DNA of 64,000 nt from Rotaria socialis. Lineage: Eukaryota. The position numbers were made by a program, and so were the translations under genes. The stretch's first letter is position 1. Each line of letters begins with the position of its first letter. A model generated the notes under the pieces. The model had not been told where the DNA came from, did no database searches, and saw only the letters and a list, made by a program, of their open reading frames with translations. Shown here one piece after another: positions 1 through 14,367 of the stretch. The stretch is taken from the NCBI GenBank assembly GCA_905331295.1, contig CAJNYD010000224.1, forward strand, positions 124,001 to 188,000, written 5' to 3'.

Positions 1-1755
1 TACTTGACTTACATTTTAAATTAATTTGCATATAAATAATAGAAGCATGAAAATTGTGAATCAGAGCACAATGGCCATAAAAAAGCGAGAGAACTGCTTC
101 AACTTTGGAGTTATTATAGTTTTAATGAAGTTCAACTTGACCTTTTCTCGAGTTCTCAAAACAATTTTATCGATGCTAATTTTAATTTGTCGGCATACGT
201 CCTAAATGAAGTGTTTTCTAAACAACAAGGGCATCATTATGAGACATAGCTATTTTTATCATTTTATTCTTGTTTATTATATTGTGAAAGTTTCGTTTTT
301 ATTTTATAGATATTGAAATTAATAATTGGTTTTTCATTTTATAAATATTGATTCAGTATGTATCGTTTTGGTTCTTGAAATAGAACTTATTGTTTTATTT
401 TTTGTTAAGTTTACATGTAGTTTTAATATTTCTTGCAGTAATGCTATTGTTCTATGTCATAACAAACTAATTATATAACTATAGAGTTGCACGAATCGTG
501 TTTATAATTATGATAATGAATGCTATTTGTCAGAAGAAAAGCAACAAAGAAATTTGATGTATAGTACACATAATTACGAAAGAAGCCGATGCTAATTGAA
601 TATTTAATTCATTAGGGTACAGCAGGAAACTTTCTTTATAATGATAAGATTTATATGCAAAGACTTTCTTAGAAATTGCAATAATTATTTGTAATCTTTC
701 TTGGCATAGAAGAGATAGTTTTAGATGACAAAAATCTCCCTTCTACTACATTTCTCTTCTTTGACTAATTAAGATTCATTCAGGTCAATTTCTACCCTAA
801 GAGTTGATGATTTTATGTTTTTGTGACTTGTGGTAAAATTGCAAGAAATTTATGAACTAAAGAAATAATATTGATGACAATTATATTTTATGAATTTATA
901 ATTGTACTCATCAAAAACTTTGCTGATTAGAAATATATCTTGAAGGCAATGTTTTTTATTATAAAATAATCTTCCATAGTATACGAATTTGTTGTTAAAA
1001 TAAAGAGTATTACCAACATTAAGGGAATCAGAAATAGAGAATGAGGCTTTCTTCTTCTTCTTCTTCTTCTTCATAAGAACATGTTTAGCATATAGAATTG
1101 CCTGTTTATATTTAGATTGGATGGCGTTAGAAACCAGATTCAGTTATCAAAGTTCATGAGCGATGTTTATACTTTTTTTCTTTTAAATAATAATATCGTA
1201 TTCAATGGGTTTTAAACATCATTAATAGATTGCTGAATCAGTTAACACATGATTTATTCATGATTCATATAGAAAATACTTATCAAACGTAATTAATAGA
1301 TATCAAAATTTTGTGCGAGTCTGAATGAGGATTTTTAAGGTAAGAATAAATCGTGCATAACTAAAATCTCCTGATATATATTAACGCTTGATTCTGTTCC
1401 TGACATATTTCTCATGCAAAATTTAAAATAGCAACATTACATAAATAATTTCTATATATAGTTTTCATCTTCAGTTATTTTGTATAATGAAGTATACGTA
1501 TTCAATTAACAGTGACAGCTTTTATGGAAACGTTCGTTATCAAATTTGCATGATGAACTCATTTAAAATCTTTTTATAAATAATATAACTTTCCGAGTAA
1601 ATTTATGAGAAATTATCTTTATATTTATTGACTCGATTTTTCGATTTCTATTGAAGAATAAAAGTTTTATTAACTTATATCCCAATGATAGTTTTATCAG
1701 TTGACATCTGTGTTTTGTAATCAAAATAATGAGATTCAAACGACTTCCTATATAC

Positions 1756-2116
1756 CAATGGCGTAGTCAGGATTTTTTAAGTAGGCGGCAATTTACCAGC
1801 TAAATTATTTTTATTGGGCGCCAATAGTGGACAATTAAAAGCTCTAGTTAGCAATAAGTTTTTTTTTGTAAATATCTGCATTACAGAAGCCGCTATTTAC
1901 TGAAAGATATTGAAAATTGATTTTTGTAAAACACTTGATTAAATCTCATCAAGAGAATATGTTTTGAAATAAAACATTCCTTAAATCTTTAAATGTACAC
2001 AGGTTTGAATATTTTTTAACAATGAGCAATTGCCCACATTAAAAACAAATTAGCTGGCAATGCAATTTGGTTTGGGCGGCAATTGCCAAATTGCTAATCT
2101 GCTGGTTACGCCACTG
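1756..2116. mobile_element. hAT-like MITE (non-autonomous DNA transposon)
   Basis: Imperfect TIRs CAATGGCGTAGTCAG ... CTGGTTACGCCACTG, flanked by a degenerate 8-bp TSD (CTATATAC / CTTTCTAC, 6/8 match). No coding capacity. Confidence 0.6.
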
Positions 2117-3120
2117 CTTTCTACTATAATAGAATGGATTTTGATCTTGATGAAAATAATGAGCACATTTAATCTAGGGTATTTAAAGTTTCTATAAAAA
2201 CTAATTATTTTTTTAAAATAAATAACAATCACTACAGATTATAGGTGTATGTCGATGTTTTATTATCAAAGTCAAACATTAAAGGAATCTATTTTGAATC
2301 TGAACTCCATCAAATTTTGAATGCAAAGCACAATTGCAAAGCTATTCATTTTTCTATAAATACTTCAAATAGCATTCTATATTTTACAATAGTGATATCC
2401 TTCCAATACATATTGACATAAGAATAAACTATGAATAATTTTTCATTAAATATAAGCAGTCAGTTGACATCAGAATAGATTTGAGAGATCCTTCCTTTTT
2501 ACCTGATAATATTATGAAGCTTTCAGGTTTTATTCTTCTCAACACTTGACAAGCTTTCAACAAATCTTATCTACAGATTCTGTTAATCGCTATAGATAGA
2601 AAATTTCCATTATCACCATTGCGCTGTTACTTTCATTTTCTTGAAATATTAAGCATATGCTTTTGTATTATTCTTTAATATTATTGAAAAAATTCATTAT
2701 TCATATGTCATGCAACGGCAGATGTTTTTTTTTTTAACAAAAAAAAAGAAATTAGTTACATTAATCGTGACTTATAAAAATAAACGCAGAAAATATAAAA
2801 TTAGGATTTAACTGTGATTTCCTCATTCGAGTAGACATTTGACAGTTCCAATTAGAAAATGAATTCTTTTTATAGATACTTATTAACTGAGTTAACTTCT
2901 AAATCAAAGAACTATGATTACTTGAATGTAACATTGTACGCTCACTTTTTCGAAATTAAACTGGAAATTTTTCTACAATAAACATATCTATTAATAAAGA
3001 AATGTATTTATTGTCCGTCTATTGTAGATATCCACTGGTTTCTAATGTTATAATAGGTCGACAATCATAAACGGAGATTATCGTACTACAACAATATCTA
3101 TTACATATACAAATATAGTA

Positions 3121-5017
3121 ATGTCCATAAAATCACGAGAACTTGGTCTCTGTTTAGTATGTAATGATGTTGCTGTTGGTATTAATTTTGGTATACCAAC
3201 ATGTATGCCATGTAAAGCATTTTTTCGACGAAATGCAGTTAAACTTGGCGTATGTTGATGATCTTTTTCTAGATCTATTTTATATATTCTATTTTAGACA
3301 ACTGATTTCGTTTGTCAAGAAGATGGCGACTGCCCAATAACATGCGATTCTCGTCGTATGTGTAATTGTTGTCGGTTGGCAAAATGTTTTCGTGTTGGTA
3401 TGCAGAAATCCTTGATTTTATCGGATGCTGAAAAATTAGCAAGAAGAGAACTTATTCAGAAAAATCGACAAAAACGTGCAGAATTAATGAAAACACAAAA
3501 TTCAAGTCTAGTACGTATAATAAATATTACACATACAATAGGAGAGAATCGATGTAGAAATAAGATCAATAGTATTACAATAGAAGGATATAATATTTGT
3601 TATCAATAGATAATCAAGTAATGCATCAAAAAGAATTTTAAAAATAGTTCAGCTATTATTATCATACCATTGACGACAATTATCTATCTATTGCGAAAAG
3701 ATTTATTAATAGTCTATGTTATTGAGCTAGTGCCTGAGATAGTCCTGGTTCCATCGATGTTTGTAGGATAGTCTAGAAATAGATAATATCAATTCTATAT
3801 AATATTCGTATTTTGTATTCTAAAAAGCTATATATCTAGTCTTATTTTTAGTAAATCTACCATTACGAAAGCTCTACATCATAACTTAGTGCAATGTCAA
3901 GAATGAGCTTCTCTTGTTGCCTTTCTCGTAATCATCATAGGAGAACAAAAAGAATTGAAGTTTACTCTCTTGTGATTAATATCTCATTATTATCAAAGAA
4001 ACAATATTTAATTATTTACTTTCTTGCTGCTAATTGTATATTTAGTATTCTTCTTGATTTTAACATTTTTGTTTTCGAAAAAGCTTACACAAACAAGAAA
4101 ATTTCGTAGTCATCATAGAAACATCTTGACTCACTTTTTGAATAGGATTCAAAACTGAATAAAAAGAAAATATTTAATAATTTTACGCAATGTATGCCGT
4201 GTGTTTATAGATTCTAGTCTCAGATCTATGTGCTTTGGGACATCGGCAACCAACATATTTATCGTCGTCTGATCAAACTCTTCTCACTAATATCTTTAGT
4301 ACATACGAGCTTATTTATGAAAAGAAAACCCGATGTCAATATGAATTATTTCCTTCTCTAGCACATACTAGCGTACATTCGTTTTTCAATGAATATGAAG
4401 AACGACACAAAATACTAATTGATTATTTTAAGAATATACCTGAATTCTCTAACTTAATCGTCGATGATAAAATACGTTTAATTCGAAATCATTTTGGAAT
4501 AATGATTACTATTAATGAATTAATGCTTTGTAGAACTATGCATGACAATTTGTCAGCTTCACTAAAAAATATATTTGGCATTCATTTGGCGACGAACACC
4601 ATACGAGGTTCCGAGAGAATACTCAGTTACATACATGATCCAGTGTTGCTCAAACTGGTTCTTATCATTCTGACTTTATCGAGTAGCATTAATAAATATC
4701 GTGATGATACAGATATTGATCGTATTTTTGACAATAGTTTAGCAATATTTGCTGGTCAAAATATTTATGTTGAGCTATTGTGGAGATATCTTGTATCAAG
4801 ATTATCGACAGAACAAAATACAGTGAAATTTTTCAATAAACTTGTATTAGATCTACTTTTTATTCAACTCGCTTGCTTTAACGTCGAACGTTACATGAGC
4901 AATCTACAAGATGAAGTCGATCAAATGAAACCATTGATGCAAAGTATGTGGCCTAAATCAAAAAAACTAGATGAACTGGATTACGATGAAGATATGTGTA
5001 TGAAAAATAACCCATAG
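3121..5017 (+). CDS. Nuclear hormone receptor A (NR1J/HR96-like), 3 exons, ~382 aa
   Basis: Exons 3121-3249, 3298-3510, 4211-5017; all GT-AG, phase 0, frame continuous. Zinc finger 1 [29 protein letters not shown]; finger 2 CQEDGDC-x9[17 protein letters not shown] signature YFKNIPEFSNLIVDDKIRLIR. Confidence 0.93.
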
Positions 5018-8000
5018 AATAACATTTTTTTAAAATTAACTTTTTCACAACCGGTAGTAAAAGCAAATTTGATTTTAATATAAAAACAAATCTTGTAAAG
5101 GATCAAGTGTAATATCGATATTGATGAAGAGTTGCTCAATCTGGGCGAATGATAGCTGATCCATAGTTATGCATACTACTTATTATGGTTGGAATGCAAT
5201 CAAATATTATATTCGTTCGGGTGGTAATCACGTATGAACATCATTGTTTTACATATAGAAGTTTCTATTTCTTGATTTTTTTGTAAAAAACCTATGTTAA
5301 ATTTCTAGACAACTCCATTTTTTGTTCTTCCCAGTGTATTTCATATACATAGTTTGCAGTATTAATAATGGATTTTGAATTAACTTAACTCATTAAAGAA
5401 TACATATAAATATGTATGTTCACCGGTGAACTTTTGTTTTCTTTGTTTAGTCACAAGAAACGTTTTTTTTATTCTGTATCAAAACGGAAATTTCAGTAGT
5501 CGGATCGAATGTATGAGTCTAAGAAAATATCGCCACATGTTTTAGATTCTCTTTTGTAAAAGATGTTAATTTAGTTAGATATTCATCATCAACTGTGAGA
5601 TAATCTTTTCATAGGTATTTTATTTAATTCAGATGATAATCTAAATAACTAAATCAGCTATTACATAGTAAATAATACTTGATTAATATACTGCAGATAT
5701 TTAACAAGTGCTGACAATACTATAGTGAAAATCAACAAATATCTAGTCTTTCCGGTCTATTCAACTATACGCTTTTATTTTTTAAAGATTCATTTGTTTT
5801 CTTTCTGCTATTATTTTTCAATCGCTTAGTTGCATCTCTCTGAAATTACATGTAATTAATATTAATAAATTTGAGTAGAGAAACTGAACAAAACATGGTG
5901 CAATTGACCGGAAAGTATTTCAAAGCTATTTTAAATTTTATCTGACACTGTTAAATATGTCACAAGGTTGTTTTTTCGAGTTTTTCGTTATAAAAAATAA
6001 GTGAAAAATTCTGTCATTGCGGAAAACTTGTCAAAATTCAATATTGTCAAAATAAAATAGTAGCTAATACAAAAGATTTTAATTAGATATGGTTGAAAAT
6101 AATCTATAGCTTAAACAGAAATTATTTATAGGGTTCATATATAAGAGATTCAAGTATTAATGAATCCGCTATTTTTATAATAATTAAATTTTAATGAGAT
6201 AAATTTGCTTCATTAAATGAAAGAGTCTTTTCTTTGAGCTTCGTATTCTCCGCATATATTAAATTAATAATCTATGTCATTATCTACTTTTCTCTTTAAT
6301 GTTTTTCTTATTTCAAAACGACATGAGTTAAAACTACGAATGAGTCGTAGATTTAACATCTTGTCAACTTCTGGGGATGTATACTCTGAAAACATGTTTT
6401 CAAGTCTATTTAAAAGGTTGATCGGCTTATTCTTGAGAGTTTATCGTAGAAAAAGAAAAGATTTGGAAAACGTTCCGACTGAAGTTATAATCCATTTTAG
6501 TATGTTCTTTACGTGCAAGTCTGCATTGTTTTTCACGCACAACACTTGTGATTCCACTTCCTGCTCTACTAATTGCAAATTGATTTAAATTTTTGAATGA
6601 TAACAATCGCTTTTTATTTTTAGATTATCTAGAAATACATTAAATAAGATCAAATATATTGAAGCACTTTACTTCCTAATAATTCACACTATATCTATCA
6701 TCGATCTTATTTTTAATCAGCCGTGCACGTCATGCGTACACTTCCGAATATATTGTGAAAGTATTAATCAAATTATGACAATTTACACGACCTTAATTTT
6801 GGTATGTCAAAATACATGCTCGAAAATATATATCTTCGTTCAAAATGGAGTTCAGGTTGGTGTGTAGTCATTTTTGTGCTTGACTATTACTATTTATTTG
6901 CCGACGTTTTTTCTTTCAAGGCGATAGTGATGATTTAAATAACATAGGAATCTGACCTCTGGTATCACTATTTATGGTTACTATCATGTTTTTTTTATTC
7001 AAATGAAAAAATCTTGGGTCTAATCCGAAGCGGATAAAGATGCAGGAACGGAAATTATAAGAAAAACATATGAAGTCATTCTCAATTGAAAGTTTAAGAT
7101 GGTATAGTGCTTGTTTTAGTAACATGTATAAACATATTTATTGAAATATTCGAAAAGTATCTAAATAGTTTTAAAGTACAATTGAGTAAATAACAAGAAT
7201 TGCAGCAGTTTTGTACATTCTGCCTATCAACCATTAAGTTTTATTGTGAATAGAAATTATTGTTCTATGAAAATAACAGATATGTTTAATGTTATTGATT
7301 TTAGGATATAATTGACAATCGAGTTTTTCCGTAATGACTATTATCGTATGTGATGACAATAAACTCAGTCGAAAGATCGCGTAGTCATAGCAAATTGCCA
7401 ATAAAAAAGCAATGCTGTTTGCTTCTATATTAATATTTTTTTATAAGGTTGCCTTGTGTGTTTTTCTCCGATATTGTCAACTATTTCTGCTTTTAATATT
7501 AAAATTAATTTTTCGCATAGTTTTGACTGCATCGAGTTCAAGCGAAGTTATGTTGCTAAATATTCGTACATCTATATTATCTCTTAGATTAGACTATTAT
7601 CATGACAGTTACAAATTCTAAGAAAGAGCATAAAATGTTAGTATATCTATAGGATTACCAGAAAACTGAAAGCACCTCGATGTTCATCATCACTAATTTA
7701 TTAAACCGGCATACTACACATGTATGAAAGATTGAAATGTAGTCACGGTTCCCATAAGACTGTCAGCTAAAAAACTTTTTCATGAGATACGAGATACTGA
7801 TTGACAAGAAGATCTTGTCCAAGTTCCCTTTGACACGTAGTTTATGCAATAGAAAATGTTCTGAAATACAAAATTTCTATATGAAGGGTATTAGTATTTA
7901 CTCTTTAGTATAGTAATCGAATAAAAGAGAGGAGATGCTACAATTATAAATGACTTCGAAATATTCATCATATATAGATTTCATCATCAAATTCATTTCG

Positions 8001-9622
8001 TTCGAAATACAGCCAATGTGCAGGTGACTATCATATTCTGATCAGAATCTTCGTATGAATTATCTTAATGTTTATGAGCACACTAGTATGACAATTGAAA
8101 TTTCATTCATACACGTTCTTGATCTACATATCTATTATTATTCTATGAATGTGGGAATCAAGAAGAGTTCGTCGTTGATTACTGTAAATTTATTTCAGGC
8201 TTAAATTAATTATTAACTTACGATAAAGTATGTTTGATTAGAAGCTATTTGTCTTCCAAGACCATCATAGATAAAACAATTCCTATTATTTGAGATGTTA
8301 CATACTTTATTTTACTGAAAATTTATTGTTTGGAATTATTGAATGGTGTTCAGAGTCACTATAATCGCCATGAAATTTTTGTTGATTCGAATGTTCATAT
8401 TTAATTATTGCAAAAGTATATTCTATCATGTGTTTTTATCCGAACAAAACACTAAAGTTTTTCTGATAAATTTTTCTCCTTATGTTTATGACTCTATGTC
8501 TTAATTTGACATAACAAAAATTTTCTATACAATTTCTTAGATAAAATTAATAGCAAGAAATCATCATTATGGATTATATGGCACGGATTGATGGTGACAG
8601 CAGAAACTCATATTTTTGTAAGATTGAATTTATCATAGAAAATTCTAATTCATGAATTTCAATTCAATATTCCAATTATGGTGAGTCTCACAGAAAATTG
8701 TGCTCTCTTGGTTCATTGATAGAGCAACATTAACTCGTCTAACAAGATGACTAGCGTACAAGTATCTACTATGGTTTCAGTTGGAAGGAGAATGTTGATT
8801 TTTATTCATTAATATGGCCTCGTTCTTTTCGAATTGATTGTTTTTTTTTGTATATTTTTCTGCAACATATTATCATTTCTTTCGGTTAACAAAATTAAAT
8901 TAAAAATATTTGTTTCAGACGATTTTACTTATTATTTATTTTAGATTGAATTTTGCAAGACCGTAAAAATATTTCTTTTACTAATTTTAAGACTATTGGA
9001 ATCAAATTTTTCCTTTCAACAAAATTAGAGATCAACTTTACAGGTACATGAATCAGAACTGTGACATCATACTTAAAATCTCGAGTGAAACTTTAGGAAA
9101 TACGTAGTGAAATTTTATGATAAGTATATTTTTGTGAAAAAGCATGAGGCTAGTAGCTATTTGAATTTTTATTAAACCCATACAAAAATATCTCTATTGA
9201 AAGTTTATGTTTATCATATCAATCGCTTTTAATAAATTCGACTTATATTTTAACTGGATAATCTAGTTCTTTTTCTACAATATAAAAACTGTTTATTTTA
9301 ATCCTTTGCCCACTTTTGAGCATATTACCCCTTTTATGTGGATGAAATCATCGACACACAAATGTTTATTCTTTCCTAAAGTACATTTAGTAAGCATACA
9401 ATCAGCTGACTAGTTTGTACACATGAGCAGATATACACTTTTTTCTTTCTCTCGGTAATTGGCATGGAATGATCAAAATATTTTCATCTGTTACATAGGT
9501 TAAGGATTTATTACTCAAAATGACTTTTTCTTTCTAGATTATATATTTAAGAAAAAAAACAAACATAAAAAGAATAGTCTTATTTTCTTTTGATCTTGTA
9601 TTCAAAACAGAAAAAGTTGACC

Positions 9623-12600
9623 ATGAATAATTCATCAACTACACGATCATTCAATCCGTGTTTAGTTTGTGGTGATAAATCAATTGGTTTCAATTTTGGT
9701 GTATTATCATGTATGGCCTGTAAAGCATTTTTTCGACGAAATGCTGTGAGACTTGGCGTAAGTTATTTCCTTTTGGATAATCCAGTATGTCAACGATATT
9801 AATTTTTGTTTAAGACTTATGATTTTACATGCCCAAAAGATGGCGATTGTTCAATCACTCATACATTTCGTCGTATATGTAATTGTTGTCGTTTAGCAAA
9901 GTGTTTTCGTGTTGGAATGCGAAAAGATCTAATACTCTCTGAAGCCGAAAAAGAAGCAAGACGGAAAACAGTTGCAAAAAATCGCCAAAAACGTGAACAA
10001 GTATTGAAAACACAATGTTTAGACATGGTATGTGTGAATCACCAGCTGCTTGCGTTAAAATAAATAGATGATGAACTATTTGTAAATATTTTACATTTTG
10101 CATGGAAATGCTTTTCGAACTAAACATTTTCATTGTGTATCAAATATTAAGTTGAATATTGTTCTACAACAACTTCATATTTATTCGAAAAGCATTGTTT
10201 TTGCAAACCTAGACAAGTCATTAATTCGCCTCGTTAATCTTTCAAAGGCGTACAATCTTCTGTATTTAATTTCGATGTATAGGTCAATCGAAAAATATAC
10301 TCTTGCAAGCATAGGCGGCGGAACGATTTCAATCTAGGGTAGGCTCAATTTTCCAGCGAAATTATGTCAGCCCAGGTCGATCAAAACGGAACTCCGTTAC
10401 GGTCCGTTTACTGGAATCAGTTTTACGGACCGTATCTCTATTGTAAAATAGCCGTAATTAGTCATATTTTCATCGTAAACGATTTGGTATTACTGTGTTC
10501 AGTAAAGACACGTAGTATGAACCGTACATTGTGAAAATACGTCTACTTACGGCGATTTTACAATAGAGATACGGTCCGTAAAACTGATTCCAGTAAACGG
10601 ACCGTGTCGTTCGACCTGGGAGGAAGATAGTCAGAAAATGACGCTCATCATATTTTTTCAATGCTAGACGCCATACGCCTTCTTGCTAGATTTTGATTCT
10701 GTATAAATGTGATAACACTTTATAGTGCTTTATTATTTTTTTGAGATAAAACAAAAAATAACGAAGTATCACAGAACAACTACTTAACAAATTAAACGAG
10801 TCTAAAACATAATAAAATCATACAGCACCAAAAAATATTTTTCTATTTTCATTCTTTGAAATAAAATCAGAACAGACGCGCTTTAAATCCAGTAAATCTA
10901 ATTTATCTTTATGAATCTGAGGAATAATAACGTGATTTAAACGTTGTTGACTCATTGTGCAGCGTAAATACGTTTTTATTCTATTAAGAACACTGAACGA
11001 TCTTCTGGCAGTGGCTGTTGTTACAGGCACTGTCGAATATAATGTTATGTAATAATGCGTCATCTATCATGACAACAAAAACTGAACTATAAGAAAATAC
11101 GTTTACATGTAATAGAGCCTACTCAAGCGTTTAATTCTTATAGTTGGAGCCTATCCAAGCCTACCCACTTTTATTCTAGGGTAAGCTTGCGGCCACCCAC
11201 GCCTAATGGCTCCGCCGCCTATGCTTGCAAGTACTTTGAATTCTTTCGAATTATTAATTTTACGCCTAGTCATATATCGTTCGTACAGTAACTCTGCATG
11301 AAACTTCAGAGATATGTTTTCTTTCTCATCATTTCTTAGTTTAATAGGTCATACTTTAAGTCTCACGAAAAAAGCATCTTGATTCATCTCATCAGAATGG
11401 TGGAAATGTGGACTACGGCTTTTCTATTTGTTTTTCTTTTTCTTTCTTTATACGTCATTAGAAAAAAAAAACTGCTTCCATGGCGTTCTCTCTAGTGTCT
11501 TTACCAGAATTGAAAAAAGAGCTTTTTAGCATACGCGTTACCGTCTTAGCTTGTTTCTTCTGGACATAATTACATTATCATATACATAAAATAGATTTAT
11601 TTAATAACATGACGAAACTTTAACACTGTGACAGAATTAAATGAATCACAGACATGGAAAACATTTCTCTGTAAAAACAAGTGCATTCTTTAGACGATCG
11701 GAAGAAGAATTTTAACGATTATATAATATTTTAGTTTAACAGAAGAAAAAAACCAATATTATTGTATGTAATTTTTTTAGTTCAAAACATAGAATATCGA
11801 TATATTTTTATTCTATTCTATACCAATAGAATTTCATCCCAAAACGCTTGTTGTAGGTAATAAATTTCTAATTCATTGTTTGCTTAGGTTCCAGTATCAA
11901 CTATACAATATTTTACACCTCATCAATTAACATATTTATCTCAATCTGATCGAATACTGTTAGGAAATGTTTTTAATACATATGAAACAACGTGTATTGC
12001 AGCAAGAAATTCTCATCTACCAGAGTTTCCTACAAAGAAACATACGAATTTATATGATTTTTTAAATGAATATTCTCTTATGCATAAAGTCTTAATTGAC
12101 TATTTCAAAGTTATACCAGAATTTAATACTCTCGCTATTGATGACAAAATATGTCTAATACGAAATCAATTCGGTGTTGTGAACAATATCAATGAAGCTA
12201 TTGTTCATCCTGGTATTTCAAATAATTTAATTGTTTCATCGTCAAATGTTTACGGTACTTATATAACGAATCGTCTCATCAAATCTATTCAACGAATAGC
12301 ACCATTCACTAATGATCCTATTATACTCAAACTACTTCTACTTGTCGTCGCATTCTCAAGCGGTAATTGTAGAAATAGAAACGACACTGAAATGGATCAA
12401 ATTTGTAATGATACTTTATCCATATATTTTGCACAAAATATTTACACTGAATTACTATGGAAATATGTTTTATCACGTTCATCAACTGAAATTGATGCAG
12501 TCAAATTTTTCGATAAATTAGTTCAATTTCTACTTTACTTATTAGATGTTCATTTACTTATCGATGGTTATATAAATGGTTTATATTTTGAAATAGAACA

Positions 12601-12688
12601 AATGGAACCATTAATGCAAAGTATGTGGCCAAAACCAATTAAAAGAGATAGTTCGTTGATGAGTGGCATGGATGTAGAAAGTGATTAA
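9623..12688 (+). CDS. Nuclear hormone receptor B (NR1J/HR96-like), 3 exons, ~382 aa
   Basis: Exons 9623-9757, 9815-10027, 11888-12688. [36 protein letters not shown]...[33 protein letters not shown]. Intron 2 is enlarged by a hAT insertion. Confidence 0.93.
10371..10620. mobile_element. Foldback MITE with CCCAGGTCGA termini, nested inside the hAT element
   Basis: Termini CCCAGGTCGA / TCGACCTGGG, long internal inverted arms (ACGGTCCGTTTACTGGAATCAGTTTTACGGACCGTATCTCTATTGTAAAAT and its reverse complement) and a 2-bp TSD AG. Confidence 0.85.
10818..11063 (-). pseudogene. hAT transposase C-terminal dimerisation-domain remnant
   Basis: [32 protein letters not shown] matches the hAT dimerisation motif (P.TTA..ERSFS.L..IKTYLRSTM...RL). 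It lies between the hAT TIRs and has no upstream catalytic region. Confidence 0.85.
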
Positions 12689-14232
12689 GATGCGACGTCA
12701 AACAAAAACTAGTTCATTTAAGAATAACCTTGAATTATGGTTTTTCTTGAAAAGCTATTGATTTTTCAATCAAAATAATTTTTCGATCTAAGAAAAACTT
12801 GAGCTTCTTTCTTTTCATGTTGAGTAGTTGTTATCGTAGACTTTACAAAACGAATAATTTTCTACGATTCTTCGTTAGATGATATTCAAAACCGGCACGG
12901 TTTGATCAAGAAGTTATTCTATCCCATGATTGGTAGTTTGCCAATATTTTATACGTTCAGTTAACTTTGAGTTGCTCCCTCTTGTATTGTAAAGAGGTTT
13001 TGATAAAATTGAATGAGCCGCTTGGTGATTGATTGTATTGTATATTCAACACAGTGTATGTGCATCGATGAAATTTCCCAGAAAATATTATTTTTCTTTT
13101 AGCAATAAATATATATTTTTATATTGTGAAGTTTTTTTAATTGTAATATTATTAAACGAGCACTTTAAATAGCGATATTTTTTCAATGTTGAAATATTTA
13201 TATTTTGTCTCACGTGTTTTCAGATAAAACAACAAACCCGATCTAATTTACTATCAATACTTCTTTAAACAAATAACGTGGAATATTCTGAGCCCATCAA
13301 CATAAGCAGTTGCCGGTAAGAAATGAGTTAGTTTGAACAATAGCATATTATTGCACAGGATATGGAAGGTATGATTATTTTTTGTTAATCTATGGTTAGT
13401 TCATAAAACTGCATATACCGGGATGAAAAAACAGTCATTTGCAATCTCGAACAAATTAATTTGAAGAGTTCTCAAAGAGAGCTCTCTCAAATAAAAATAG
13501 TGACTATGATATAGCCGCATTTGCTAAATACAAAGATCTTTATTTTCTATACCTATTCTAAGATCCATTTCCTTGCAATTATCTTATATTCCATCCTACA
13601 GAAATGTCATAGAAAAGTAACCTATATACTATGGCAAGATTTTCATTCATTTTCATTCTTACATCATATATCAACAATGTTCTCAACGTTCAGTGAAGAA
13701 AAACAATTTCACTGCATGCTCCAAAAAGCATGGACCCCATTATTGACGGAAAATACTCAACATGTCATGTTCTTCAAATGTACGAGAAAGTAGTCTCTGA
13801 ATACTAGTTTTACGAGAAGAAATAGTTATTCAATATGAAGTGCAGTTTTTCTGGTATCGTGCAATGAACTCGATGCAATCAGCACGAAAAAAGTCGACTG
13901 AAGTTTAGCAACAAAAGTATCTCACATACACGATAGCAATATGGTGAAATACAACATTTTGGTCTGCGCATATCCGCATCGTTAATAAATATAGTTCTTG
14001 TGAAAGAAGACATAGGTAACATCATTTTAATCTATAAACATATATTTTTACAAGATACTACTCTAAATTGATATGTACTGTCACAAAAACTTTTGGTGCA
14101 TTGATGTTAATATTGAACACGTTCGAGATACTTTGATCCAGTGGTAGGTCATGTCATAGGCTTCCGTCGGTAGTCAATAATGAAAAAAAGTATAGATTCT
14201 TATATTTTCTTCTTGTCTATCAGACATTGTAA

Positions 14233-14367
14233 CCCATGTTGCGAATACCGGATCATTTTTTTGTGGTAAACCGCGGTATTTATCCGTTCTGCGGTAATGG
14301 GAGCCGGTAACCGAACCGGTAAAACCGCGGTTAACCGCCGATTTTCATGCGGTTTTTATTACATGGG
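14233..14367. mobile_element. MITE, CCCATGT family, internally deleted copy
   Basis: Termini CCCATGT / ACATGGG with 2-bp TSD AA. It matches both ends of the 50110-50477 copy in reverse orientation, with the middle missing. Confidence 0.85.

Larger units (their letters stand above)
10310..11223 (-). mobile_element. Internally deleted hAT DNA transposon in intron 2 of receptor B
   Basis: Perfect 13-bp TIR CATAGGCGGCGGA / TCCGCCGCCTATG and perfect 8-bp TSD CTTGCAAG (10302-10309, 11224-11231). It retains a transposase C-terminal fragment. Confidence 0.92.

Noticed and set aside
850..1074. 74-aa ORF starting with poly-Lys
   Set aside because: The Lys run is just a (TTC)n microsatellite read on the minus strand; the rest has no protein-like features.
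6014..7340. Weak inverted similarity (GTCATTGCGGAAAA / TTTTCCGTAATGAC) and ORF 6274-6588
   Set aside because: Possibly an old transposon, but no TSD or recognisable transposase motif could be supported.
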